Positions 8,757-18,298 of a stretch of 64,000 bases of DNA are shown here, in pieces (the stretch's first letter is position 1; every line of letters begins with the position of its first letter). The DNA is taken from positions 1,786,720 to 1,850,719 of the forward strand of contig OZ253494.1 of NCBI GenBank assembly GCA_965262015.1. The letters are read 5' to 3'. The DNA is from Leptospiria bacterium. GTDB taxonomy: Bacteria; Spirochaetota; Leptospiria; Turneriellales; CBDBES01. The notes beneath the pieces are model-generated. The model saw only the letters and a program-made list of their open reading frames with translations. It had not been told where the DNA came from and did no database searches. The position numbers and the translations under genes were made by a program.

Positions 8757-10529
8757 ATGAGTAATTTCTATCACGACAACGAAGACATTCAGTTTTATAC
8801 TAAGCATTTTATAGGCTGGAACACGATTATCCCAAGGTGGGAAAAAGATTTTAGGGATGCTAAACATTATCAAACAACACAAGATGAGAAGTATCAAATG
8901 GCACCTTCTAATATTGAAGAAGCCTTAGAAATATATGAAGCTGTTTGGGAACAGGTAGGAAAATTGAGTGGTGAAGAGATTGCAGGTATAAGTCAAACAC
9001 TGGATCGTAAAGGTCTCAAGTTGCAAGAAGGTAAAGTTATATTCCCTGAAGAACTTCAACGTATTTTTGATCTGTTCTCTCAATCAGGTCTCTTTGGTGT
9101 GTGGATGGGCAGAAAATATAATGGTACCCCAATGCCCAGGATAGCCCAAGCCTTTTTTATAGAGATAATAACTCGTGCAGATGTTTCTCTGGGTATTACT
9201 TTCTCTATGACCAGCATGGGTGCTGTCCTTGAAAAATTTGCCTCTGAATCTATCAAAGAAGAATACGTGAAGAAAATGGCAGTTGGTGATATGTCTTCGG
9301 CAATGGCACTTACTGAGCCTAATTATGGTAGTGATTTATCCAACGTGCAAACTAAAGCTACCAAAGTAGAAGGGGGGGGAGAAGGTGTATTTGAGATAAC
9401 AGGTACAAAACGTTTTATTACACAGGCTTGTGGTTTACTAGACAAACCTGCTGCATTGGTTGTTTTAGCAAGGAGTGAGGGCCTTGGGAAAGGTGCAAAA
9501 GGCTTAAGTTTCTTTTTAGTTGAGTCAGGTGATGTAGAAATTGCTGGTCTAGAAAACAAAATAGGTTTGCATGCGTCTCCAACGTGTGAAGTGGTATTTG
9601 ATAAAAGCAAAGCTCTTTTAATAGGTGAAGAAGGTAAAGGTCTGGTCGAATATGCTATGGAGCTAATGAATGCTGCCCGCCTTTTTGTTACGTACCAAGC
9701 AGTTGGTATTTTAGAGGCTTCATATAGAGAAGCGAAAAAATACGCCTCAGAAAGACAACAATTTGGTAAGCCCATTCAGGATCTACCTCCCGTAGGTAGG
9801 TTGTTGCGTGAAGTAGAGGCTACCCTGCATGCTTCCAGGGCTTTAGCTATCGAATCAAGTATTCGTGTGTCTGAATATCAGGATGAGGTAGCTATTGAAG
9901 AAGAAACTGGCAAATCCATAAGAGAAATCAAACGTATGCCCAAGATTAAAAGACTAGAAAAATTAGCCCGTCTCTTTACTCCCGTGTCTAAATATTTCTG
10001 CTCAGAAGCTGCCAATAGTGGTACCTATAAAGCAGCCCAAGTTTTTGGAGGTTCTGGTTTCATAGAAGATTATAAAATCGCCCAGCTATACAGGGATGTG
10101 CGTATTACGACTATCTACGAAGGTACTTCTCAATTACAAGTGCTTGGTGCCATTGGTGGTATTGTAGAAGGTATCAAAGAAGGTGGTTTTTTATGTGAAT
10201 ATGTAAATGAAAAGATTCAAATATTAAACAATAATAAAATAAAAGCAAGATTCGCAGAACATTTGAAAGAAATCCAGGATTTAGTTGTTCTTTATAAACA
10301 GCTCAATGATAAGACAATGTATTCACAAGAGGTAGTAGATTATTTTGCTTATGTATATTTGAGTCTCTTACTTGCTATCCAAGTGGATTTTTGTATGGAT
10401 AAAAAATTATCCATTTTAGCAACAAAGCAAAGAGCATTTGATTGCTTCTATACCGAGTCTTTGGCAAATATGGAGGCTATAAAAAGTAAGATTAATAATA
10501 TTTTAACGCCTGCCTTCGCTAGCTGTTAG
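8757..10529 (+). CDS. acyl-CoA dehydrogenase, long form (591 aa)
   Basis: The ORF track starts at 8736 (TTG). The ATG at 8757 follows AAGGGGGGA and is preferred. Motifs: ALTEPNYGSDL, FITQA, QQFGKPI, IYEGTSQLQ. Confidence 0.85.
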   Translation: MSNFYHDNEDIQFYTKHFIGWNTIIPRWEKDFRDAKHYQTTQDEKYQMAPSNIEEALEIYEAVWEQVGKLSGEEIAGISQTLDRKGLKLQEGKVIFPEELQRIFDLFSQSGLFGVWMGRKYNGTPMPRIAQAFFIEIITRADVSLGITFSMTSMGAVLEKFASESIKEEYVKKMAVGDMSSAMALTEPNYGSDLSNVQTKATKVEGGGEGVFEITGTKRFITQACGLLDKPAALVVLARSEGLGKGAKGLSFFLVESGDVEIAGLENKIGLHASPTCEVVFDKSKALLIGEEGKGLVEYAMELMNAARLFVTYQAVGILEASYREAKKYASERQQFGKPIQDLPPVGRLLREVEATLHASRALAIESSIRVSEYQDEVAIEEETGKSIREIKRMPKIKRLEKLARLFTPVSKYFCSEAANSGTYKAAQVFGGSGFIEDYKIAQLYRDVRITTIYEGTSQLQVLGAIGGIVEGIKEGGFLCEYVNEKIQILNNNKIKARFAEHLKEIQDLVVLYKQLNDKTMYSQEVVDYFAYVYLSLLLAIQVDFCMDKKLSILATKQRAFDCFYTESLANMEAIKSKINNILTPAFASC

Positions 10530-10949
10530 ATGAGAGATGCGGGAGAACCTGCTCCGTCTGTTGATAGTTATGATAATAGACAGGGTGATATACCTTCTTT
10601 AAAGACTCCCGTTATTGAGACTTTTAAGAATGTTTACCCAAAGAAACGATTTACGGTTCATTTAGAAATACCTGAATTTACAGCGATGTGCCCCAAAACA
10701 GGTTTACCTGATTTTGGTATTGTATTTCTAGAATATCAGCCTTCCATATGTTGTATTGAACTCAAATCTCTAAAAAATTATTTTTTGTTCTATAGAACAG
10801 TTGGTATTTTTCACGAGAATGTGGCCAATAAAGTCTTAGATGATATTTGTCAGGCCTGCACTCCTCACTATGCCAAAATTAAAGTAGAGTACAACCTTAG
10901 AGGAGGAATTCGTACCATTGTCGTCCGTGAATATCCATCCAACATTTAA
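10530..10949 (+). CDS. queF: NADPH-dependent 7-cyano-7-deazaguanine (preQ0) reductase
   Basis: 139 aa with the type-I QueF signature EFTAMCPKTGLPDFG...IELKSLKNYF..YR...IFHE. Confidence 0.85.
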   Translation: MRDAGEPAPSVDSYDNRQGDIPSLKTPVIETFKNVYPKKRFTVHLEIPEFTAMCPKTGLPDFGIVFLEYQPSICCIELKSLKNYFLFYRTVGIFHENVANKVLDDICQACTPHYAKIKVEYNLRGGIRTIVVREYPSNI

Positions 10950-11646
10950 ATCACTAATAGTAAAAAATTATCTAATCTCAACCGCAGCTGTCCTTGTTGT
11001 GATATTCTTAATTAATGCTCTGCATGCTGTCATTGTACTATATTTTGATATTTTACCAAAAGAACCTAAATACTATACATCATACCATATGGGAATTCTT
11101 ATCCTTATGCAAGCTGTGGTGGTTATAGGTGTTCTGTTACTATGTACTAAAGTTTTTTCTCTGATTCCCTTTTCTTACAAGCCTATACCAGGTATTAAAC
11201 GTATACTTAAAATGGGGTTATTACTTATGGGGGTAAATATAGGAATAGGCTTCCTATATAATATAGTTGGAATACAGCCTGATCAATTTGAAATGCTAAA
11301 TAAAATAAATTTGCGTGAAGATTATATGATCTTTCTAATTTGTGTTGCTTGCATAGCTCCGTGGTATGAAGAATTATTTTTTAGAGGCTTTATTTTAAGT
11401 AATCTAGTCAACACAGAGGTTCCAGCTCAATATCATAAATGGTACCAAATATCAGGGGTATGCTTTTCTTCCTTACTGTTTACCCTTATGCATGTTGATA
11501 TGGATGCCAGTATAGGTATTTTTGCTATCTCTATTGTATTTAGCATAGTTACCATTCGGACACAGTCCATTACAGTATCTACAATTTTACACATCACACA
11601 AAACAGCCTGGCTAGTATAATATTCCTTTTCTACAATAAGGCATAA
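10918..11646 (+). CDS. CPBP-family (CAAX-type) intramembrane metalloprotease
   Basis: Polytopic, with PWYEELFFRGF (EExxxR motif) and a later FTLMH motif. The start is uncertain: TTG 10918 overlaps queF by 32 nt, and GTG 10927 is an alternative. Confidence 0.6.
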   Translation: MSSVNIHPTFKSLIVKNYLISTAAVLVVIFLINALHAVIVLYFDILPKEPKYYTSYHMGILILMQAVVVIGVLLLCTKVFSLIPFSYKPIPGIKRILKMGLLLMGVNIGIGFLYNIVGIQPDQFEMLNKINLREDYMIFLICVACIAPWYEELFFRGFILSNLVNTEVPAQYHKWYQISGVCFSSLLFTLMHVDMDASIGIFAISIVFSIVTIRTQSITVSTILHITQNSLASIIFLFYNKA

Positions 11647-11650
11647 TTAC

Positions 11651-12385
11651 TTATCGAGGCTTGTGTGACTTACTAACTATCATCAATATAAATCGTAGTA
11701 TACGCTTCATCCATTTAAAACCAGCAATATATTTTAAGAGAGCACCAAAAAACAGTAGTAATGTTAAAGATAGTAAAGATAATGATACTATATAATGCCT
11801 ATATAAAGCCAGAGGATACAAAATAATCACAGTATAAGAGCTATAAGTATGAGAATAGAAACGGAAAGCATAATCCGCACCTGTAAGTAAATAGTTATAT
11901 CTCGTACCTTCAAAATATTCTGCCATTGAAGGATCGTGTAGTATATCTTGGTTAAGTATCTTCAAGCTTGGATCCAAAAATAATATCCTAACACTACTAT
12001 TTAGATAAAAAAATCTTTTGATGTTACTTGTATACTGAACATAATTTTCAGCCACCTGTGGAACAGAAGAAGTCTCTTGTATAAGATATTCAATAAAACA
12101 CCATAGCTGTGTAATTTCCATTAGCCATGGTTCAAATGTTAATTGATCCATCCAATGGGGAGACAGACTAAAATAGTAGAGCATTCTGCTTGCATAGTGA
12201 AATAAACTACTGTAGCACCCTATAACATCTTCACACACTTTCACTGAAGTAATATTTTCTCTTTCAATATCCTTAACCTCTTGAGAACCTATATAAGAAG
12301 TACCGAGAAAAAAAACTAGCAGACATAATAGAAAACAATATTTAGAACGTGCCGACATAGCAAAACTTATCACAGATAAGCTCAT
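11651..12385 (-). CDS. hypothetical protein with N-terminal signal-like and C-terminal TM segments
   Basis: 244-aa ORF with no recognisable motif. Hydrophobic N-terminus is CFLLCLLVFFLG; C-terminal TM is LSLLSLTLLLFFGALL. Confidence 0.4.
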   Translation of the reverse strand: MSLSVISFAMSARSKYCFLLCLLVFFLGTSYIGSQEVKDIERENITSVKVCEDVIGCYSSLFHYASRMLYYFSLSPHWMDQLTFEPWLMEITQLWCFIEYLIQETSSVPQVAENYVQYTSNIKRFFYLNSSVRILFLDPSLKILNQDILHDPSMAEYFEGTRYNYLLTGADYAFRFYSHTYSSYTVIILYPLALYRHYIVSLSLLSLTLLLFFGALLKYIAGFKWMKRILRFILMIVSKSHKPR

Positions 12386-12454
12386 CTCATATCAAATATA
12401 ATATGTAAATATAAATATAAATTTATAGAGTACACACCCTTAGAATGGAAAGTC

Positions 12455-13130
12455 AAGTCTGGAGTTGGAAAGTTTAAGGTGTTCATAAGCCATTCTTTTT
12501 AAAAGTAAGGAGAACAGCTAATGAAAATCAAATCAATCAATGGATACATATCGAGAAATATTTATCAGAGAATATGAGTTATAGGGGGATAGCTCAAAAA
12601 ATAAATATATCAAAGTCTGCTGTCTTTTATGAGATAAAAACAAAATCAATCAATGACATACATAAGGCTAGAAATGCACAATACCTTACTGAAAAGAAAA
12701 AATATTATGCAAAGTATTATATTTAGGTCTATTCATAACATGAAAAATAGTATAAAAAAGTGTTTAGAGTATGGAGAATAGACACGATGTACATACAAAA
12801 TGGATATATTGCGGTTATAGTAGAAAGGTATCTTGAAAGATTATAGCAATGCTTATACCTAATCTAAAAGTAGAAACATTATTAGAAGCATGGGAACAGT
12901 TGTTTCCTTATGGTAGATAATATCCAGGCTATCGTCTATAGCAGAAGAACTGAAAATACAAAATTTCAAAGGAAGAGATATTCGAGCCTCCTATATGCAT
13001 GCGACCCATGTTCACCGTGGCAAAAAAATATATTTAGATCTTGTACTATGATCAATAACATGTGTAGGCTATCCTTACAAGGGAAAACTACTAACCAAGT
13101 CTATTCTGTCCAGAACTGGTAATGACTCTA
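12455..13130 (+). pseudogene. IS30-family insertion sequence remnant (most complete copy in the window), multiply frameshifted
   Basis: The 5' end plus ATG at 12521 is followed by an HTH-like stretch, QWIHIEKYLSENMSYRGIAQKINISKSAVFYEIK...ARNAQYLTEKKK (IS30 N-terminus pattern). Decayed pieces follow: IAVIVER and LYACDPCSPWQK...LQGKTTNQVYSV (IS30 YF..PY.SWQRG...PKG.DLS). Confidence 0.55.
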
Positions 13131-13304
13131 CAGAATCATGCAAACTAATTTTTATAGTAATTTAAAAGTACTTTATATGTAAAAAAACATTAGACAATTT
13201 ATCTATAATCTTATCTCTTCGGTGTAAAGAAAGAGTATAAAAATATGACAGACTTAAATCTAAATCTTTTATGACGATAAGTTTACCATAGAGAAAGTGA
13301 TTGT

Positions 13305-16300
13305 ATGATCCGTACTTTAAAACATATACTTCTTGTTTTTCTCACAATATTTTTATTTTTCCCTAGTTGTGGTAATGTAAGGGAATATATAGAGCAAGAG
13401 AGGAGACCTGAATCACCCTCCATTGGCAACCCCAATTTCCTAGAATTTGTAGAAGGATTTGAGGGAACATCCGAGTATAGACTCCTTGAGATTTCTGCTT
13501 TAGCAACTGTCACTATGGCAGGTAATGAAAGATATCTGTATGCGGGTGCCCGTAGCGACAATGCCATTCTAGTGTTTAATATTTCAGATGCACAATTAGA
13601 ACATATCCAAACCATAATGGATGTTGATAGCCCGGCTTACCATTTAGAAGAAGTTAATGAGCTAATTACCTTTCAGGTAAATGAACAACATTATGTCGCT
13701 ACTAGCTCTTTTAAAGAGAGTGGTTTTAATATTTTTAAGGTGGGTATAGACGGCAAGCTCACCATAATTGATTCCAGAGAAGATACAAGAGATATTAACC
13801 TTACATATACCTCATATCTGCATGTGGTAACTCATGGCACGGATACTTTTTTGATCGTGGGCAGTGGTGTACTAGAACATAGTGTCTTGGAAGGCAAGGG
13901 ATTAAGTATTTATAAATTCGAGAACGATGAAGTTACCTTAGAGAGTACAGTTCCCCTTAATAGCAACGAGCTGTTGCCACTTATAGCTGACATTCGTTCA
14001 ATACAAACTCCAAGTGGTCCAGTTATTTTTGTGGGTAGCATGGACAGGCAAGATAACAGCCTATTAACCTCTTACAGAATGGATAGTAGTGGTGCTGTTA
14101 CTACCATGACCCATATCAGCAGTATTCGACATGATGATGTAATATCCGAGGGGTCGGTAGAAACAGATGACTTTGGGTATGGAAGGTCCAATCGGTATGG
14201 TTTTTATGCTATAAGTGCCTTAGAGATATTTAGTGCAAATGAAAATGCTCCTGTTTTTTTGTTGGTTGCGGGTGATCGTATTGGTAGTGTAAGCTTGTTT
14301 GAGGTATCCAGGACGGACGGTAGCCTAAGACACATAGTTAGTATTTTATGGGATTTCGACAATGGTAGACAGGAGTTTGTATCTGGTATATTTAACCTAT
14401 TGCATATTTATTATGCAGATACCAGCTATCTATTGTTTCCTAACAACACATATTCTATGGGTATTTATCGTGCTTCAGCGAGTGGTTTAGACTATGTTAA
14501 CGTAATGTATGCTATGCCAGGTTTACACCTTCGTAATGTTCGAGCTATTGCTTCTGTGCATATTGATGGTAGATACTATGTTTTTACTGCTGGTTCTGAC
14601 CGTGGTATTGGTATGTTCAAGATGAATGGTGAAGATGATGGTGCGACCCTTATTCCCATCTTTGATCCTATCTGTACGAATGGAACCCCCTCAACGGTAA
14701 AGATTTCTACTGACAATACAGAAAAGTGTGTTTCTTGTGATAACTATTATGCCTTAAAACGTGATGAAAGCTGTACTCCAGTTATTGTTGAGACGTTGGC
14801 GGGTACTGGGACTGCAGGTTTTATGGATGGTGCAGGTAATGTAGCACAATTTTATGAGCCTACTGGGGTAGCGGTTGATAGTGTGGGTAATGTATATGTG
14901 GCAGTTAAAAATAGCCATCGTATCCGTAAGATAACGTCTGGTGGTGTGGTTACAACATTGGCGGGTACTGGGACTGCAGGTTTTATGGATGGTGCGGGTA
15001 ATGTAGCACAATTTAATGAGCCTAGAGGAGTAGCGGTTGATGGTTTAGGCAATATATATGTGGCGGATACTGATAACAATCGTATCCGTAAGATAACGCC
15101 TGGTGGTGTGGTTAGCACGTTTGCGGGTACTGGGACTGCAGGGAACATGGATGGTGCGGGTAATGTAGCACAATTTAATAATCCTTATGGAGTAGCGGTT
15201 GATGGTTTAGGCAATATATATGTAGCAGATACTGGTAACCACCATATCCGCAAAATAACGTCTGGTGGTGTGGTTAGCACGTTGGTGGGTACTGCTAGTC
15301 CTGCTGGAGTAGTGGTTGATGTTTCAGGCAATGTATATGTGACAGATAGTAATAACCATCGTATCCGCAAAATAACATTTGATTCTAGTGGTACGGGTAC
15401 GGTTACAACATTGGCGGGTACTGTAACTGCAGGTTTTATGGATGGTGCAGGTAATGTAGCACAATTTAATGAGCCTAGAGGAGTAGCGCTTGATAGTGTG
15501 GGTAATGTATATGTGGCAGATACGAATAACAATCGTATCCGCAAGATAACGCCTAGTGGTGTGGTTAGCACGTTAGCGGGTACTGGAACTCAAGGGGATA
15601 TGGATGGTGTGGGTAATATAGCACAATTTAATGAGCCTAGAGGAGTAGCGGTTGATAGTGTGGGTAATGTATATGTGACAGATACTGATAACCACCGTAT
15701 CCGTCGGCTAATCATAGAATCTCCTACTATTGATCCTATTTGTACGAATGGTACCCCTTCAACAGCAAAGGTTTTCTTTGCTAATACAGAAAAGTGTGTT
15801 TCTTGTGATAGTGGTTTTGATTTAAATGGCGAGATTTGCGGAGGGTTTGATCCTATCTGTACAAATGGAACCCCTTCAACGACAAAGGTTTTTACTGCTA
15901 ATACAGAAAAGTGTGCTTCTTGTAATAATGGTTTTGGTTTGGATGGTGAGCTTTGCAGAGAACAGTTTGATCCTATTTGTACGAATGGTGTTGCTTCGAT
16001 GGTAAAGCTTTTTACCGCTAATACAGGAAAGTGTGCTTCTTGTAATAATTATTACGCCTTAAAACGTGATGAGACCTGTACACCAATTATGGTTGAGACA
16101 TTGGCAGGTACTGGAACTGCAGGATTTATGGATGGTGCAGGTAATGTAGCACAATTTAATGTTCCTGTTGGAATAGCGGTTGATGGTTTAGGCAATGTAT
16201 ATGTGGGGGGGCGGGGTAACGGTCGTATCCGTAAGATAACGTCTGGTGGTGTGGTTAGCACATTTGCGGGTACTGGAACTCAGGGTTTTATGGATGGTGT

Positions 16301-18197
16301 GGCTAATGTAGCACAATTTAATATTCCTAGAGGAGTAGCGCTTGATGCTTCAGGTAATCTATATGTGGGGGATTTGAATAACAATCGTATCCGTAAGATA
16401 ACGTCTGGTGGTGTGGTTAGCACATTTGCGGGTACTGGAACTGCAGGTTTTATGGATGGTGCGGGTAATGTAGCACAATTTAATGGACCTCATGGAGTAG
16501 TGGTTGATGGATCAGAGTTTGTATATGTAGCGGATGGGGTAAACGATCGTATCCGTAAGATAACGCCTGGTGGTGTGGTTAGCACGTTGGCGGGTACTGG
16601 AACTCGGGGATTTATGGATGGTGCAGGTAATGTAGCACAATTTAATAATCCTAGAGGAGTAGCGGTTGATAGTTCAGGCAATGTATATGTGGCAGATAGG
16701 GGTAACAGTCGTATCCGTAAGATAACGCCTGGTGGTGTGGTTAGCACATTTGCGGGTACTGGAACTGCAGGTTTTATGGATGGTGCAGGTAATGTAGCAC
16801 AATTTCATTATCCTATAGGTATAGCGCTTGATAGTATAGGCAATATATATGTGGCAGATAATGGTAACAATCGTATCCGTAAGATAACGCCTGGTGGCAT
16901 GGTTAGCACATTAGCAGGCACTGGTATTAAGGCTGATGGTACTGCGGGAGGAGGTTTTATGGATGGTGCGGGTAATGTAGCACAATTTCATGCTCCTGGT
17001 GGAGTAGCGGTTGATAGTGTTGGCAATGTATACGTGGCAGATAGGTCGAATCATCGTATCCGTCGGCTAATTATAGAATCTCCTATTATTGATCCTATCT
17101 GTACGAATGGAACCCCTTCAACAGCAAAGGTTTTCTTTGCCAATACAGAGAAGTGTGTTTCTTGCAATAGCTTTTATACCTTAAAACGTGATAAAACCTG
17201 TGCACCAGTTTCTGTTAGCACGTTAGCAGGTACTGGTAGTTATGGTTTTATGGATGGTGCGGTTTATGTGGCAAAATTTAGTAGTCCTATAGGAGTAGCG
17301 GTTGATAGTTCAGGGTTTGTATACGTGGGAGATAATGACAACCATCGTATCCGGAAGATAACGTCTGGTGGTGTGGTTAGCACGTTGGCGGGTACTGGAA
17401 CTCAAGGTTTTATGGATGGTGCGGGTAATGTAGCACAATTTAATTTTCCTGCTGGAGTAGTGGTTGATGGTTCAGGCAATGTATATGTGGCGGATACTGA
17501 TAACAATCGTATCCGTAAGATAACGTCTGGTGGTGTGGTTAGCACGTTAGCAGGTACTGGAACTGCAGGGGATATGAATGGTGCAGGTACTGTAGCAGAA
17601 TTTCGTCAACCTAGAGAAGTAGCGGTTGATGGTTCAGACAATGTATATGTGACTGATGCTGGTAATCATCGTATCTGCAAGATAAGCACAAATTTTATGG
17701 GTGTGATTGTGGTTAGCACGTTAGCAGGTACTGGAATTGCAGGGTCTATGGATGGTGCGGGTAATGTAGCACAATTTAATGGACCTAGAGGAGTAGCGGT
17801 TGATGATTCAGGGTTTGTATATGTGACAGATAGTTCTAACGATCGTATCCGGAAGATAACGTCTGGTGGTATGGTTAGCATGTTGGCAGGTACTGGAACT
17901 ACAGGGTCTATGGATGGTGCGGGTAATGTAGCACAATTTAATTACCCTAATGGAGTAGCGGTTGATAATTCAGGTAATGTATATGTGGCAGATAATGGCA
18001 ACAATCGTATCCGTAAGATAACATCTACGGGTGTAGTTAGCACGTTGGCGGGTACTGGTCGTAGAGGATTTAGGAATGGTGCGGGTAATGTGGCAAAATT
18101 TGATGGACCTGTAGGAGTAGCGGTTGATAGTGATGGCAATGTATATGTGGCGGATCAGCACAACAATCGTATCCGCAAGATAACCATACCACAATAG
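13305..18197 (+). CDS. giant NHL-repeat lipoprotein: N-terminal ~450-aa unassigned domain plus three six-bladed NHL propellers separated by Cys4 modules
   Basis: 1630 aa. The signal peptide with lipobox-like LFFPSC-G has no SSR. I count 18 blades ending (N/D)xRIR(K/R). Blocks are joined by HRIRRLIIESPxIDPICTNG, which occurs twice. C-terminus is RIRKITIPQ. Confidence 0.85.
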   Translation: MIRTLKHILLVFLTIFLFFPSCGNVREYIEQERRPESPSIGNPNFLEFVEGFEGTSEYRLLEISALATVTMAGNERYLYAGARSDNAILVFNISDAQLEHIQTIMDVDSPAYHLEEVNELITFQVNEQHYVATSSFKESGFNIFKVGIDGKLTIIDSREDTRDINLTYTSYLHVVTHGTDTFLIVGSGVLEHSVLEGKGLSIYKFENDEVTLESTVPLNSNELLPLIADIRSIQTPSGPVIFVGSMDRQDNSLLTSYRMDSSGAVTTMTHISSIRHDDVISEGSVETDDFGYGRSNRYGFYAISALEIFSANENAPVFLLVAGDRIGSVSLFEVSRTDGSLRHIVSILWDFDNGRQEFVSGIFNLLHIYYADTSYLLFPNNTYSMGIYRASASGLDYVNVMYAMPGLHLRNVRAIASVHIDGRYYVFTAGSDRGIGMFKMNGEDDGATLIPIFDPICTNGTPSTVKISTDNTEKCVSCDNYYALKRDESCTPVIVETLAGTGTAGFMDGAGNVAQFYEPTGVAVDSVGNVYVAVKNSHRIRKITSGGVVTTLAGTGTAGFMDGAGNVAQFNEPRGVAVDGLGNIYVADTDNNRIRKITPGGVVSTFAGTGTAGNMDGAGNVAQFNNPYGVAVDGLGNIYVADTGNHHIRKITSGGVVSTLVGTASPAGVVVDVSGNVYVTDSNNHRIRKITFDSSGTGTVTTLAGTVTAGFMDGAGNVAQFNEPRGVALDSVGNVYVADTNNNRIRKITPSGVVSTLAGTGTQGDMDGVGNIAQFNEPRGVAVDSVGNVYVTDTDNHRIRRLIIESPTIDPICTNGTPSTAKVFFANTEKCVSCDSGFDLNGEICGGFDPICTNGTPSTTKVFTANTEKCASCNNGFGLDGELCREQFDPICTNGVASMVKLFTANTGKCASCNNYYALKRDETCTPIMVETLAGTGTAGFMDGAGNVAQFNVPVGIAVDGLGNVYVGGRGNGRIRKITSGGVVSTFAGTGTQGFMDGVANVAQFNIPRGVALDASGNLYVGDLNNNRIRKITSGGVVSTFAGTGTAGFMDGAGNVAQFNGPHGVVVDGSEFVYVADGVNDRIRKITPGGVVSTLAGTGTRGFMDGAGNVAQFNNPRGVAVDSSGNVYVADRGNSRIRKITPGGVVSTFAGTGTAGFMDGAGNVAQFHYPIGIALDSIGNIYVADNGNNRIRKITPGGMVSTLAGTGIKADGTAGGGFMDGAGNVAQFHAPGGVAVDSVGNVYVADRSNHRIRRLIIESPIIDPICTNGTPSTAKVFFANTEKCVSCNSFYTLKRDKTCAPVSVSTLAGTGSYGFMDGAVYVAKFSSPIGVAVDSSGFVYVGDNDNHRIRKITSGGVVSTLAGTGTQGFMDGAGNVAQFNFPAGVVVDGSGNVYVADTDNNRIRKITSGGVVSTLAGTGTAGDMNGAGTVAEFRQPREVAVDGSDNVYVTDAGNHRICKISTNFMGVIVVSTLAGTGIAGSMDGAGNVAQFNGPRGVAVDDSGFVYVTDSSNDRIRKITSGGMVSMLAGTGTTGSMDGAGNVAQFNYPNGVAVDNSGNVYVADNGNNRIRKITSTGVVSTLAGTGRRGFRNGAGNVAKFDGPVGVAVDSDGNVYVADQHNNRIRKITIPQ

Positions 18198-18212
18198 TCT
18201 TGTATATATTTT

Positions 18213-18250
18213 GCCCTGCCTTGCTACGGGGCAGGAGTGCTTGGTTTTCT
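18213..18250 (+). terminator. weak terminator-like hairpin after the giant NHL gene
   Basis: CCTGCC..GGCAGG forms a 6-bp stem with a 9-nt loop, followed by a T-rich run (tgcttggttttctttc). Weak. Confidence 0.3.
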
Positions 18251-18298
18251 TTCATTTATATCTATTTTTTCTCATTGATATACATATTATATAAATTT

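Noticed and set aside
9323-9775. 150-aa antisense ORF inside the acyl-CoA dehydrogenase. Similar internal ORFs occur at 4749-4946, 5628-5819, 6835-7053, 7695-7988, 49301-49916, 51514-51750, 52055-52546, 54925-55432, 55510-56145 and 57637-57999.
   Set aside because: Each lies wholly within a gene that has strong family motifs on the other strand or frame. None has independent support.
12910-13122. 70-aa ORF as a real gene.
   Set aside because: It is one frame of the decayed IS30 transposase C-terminus (..CDPCSPWQK..). It is annotated as part of the IS remnant.
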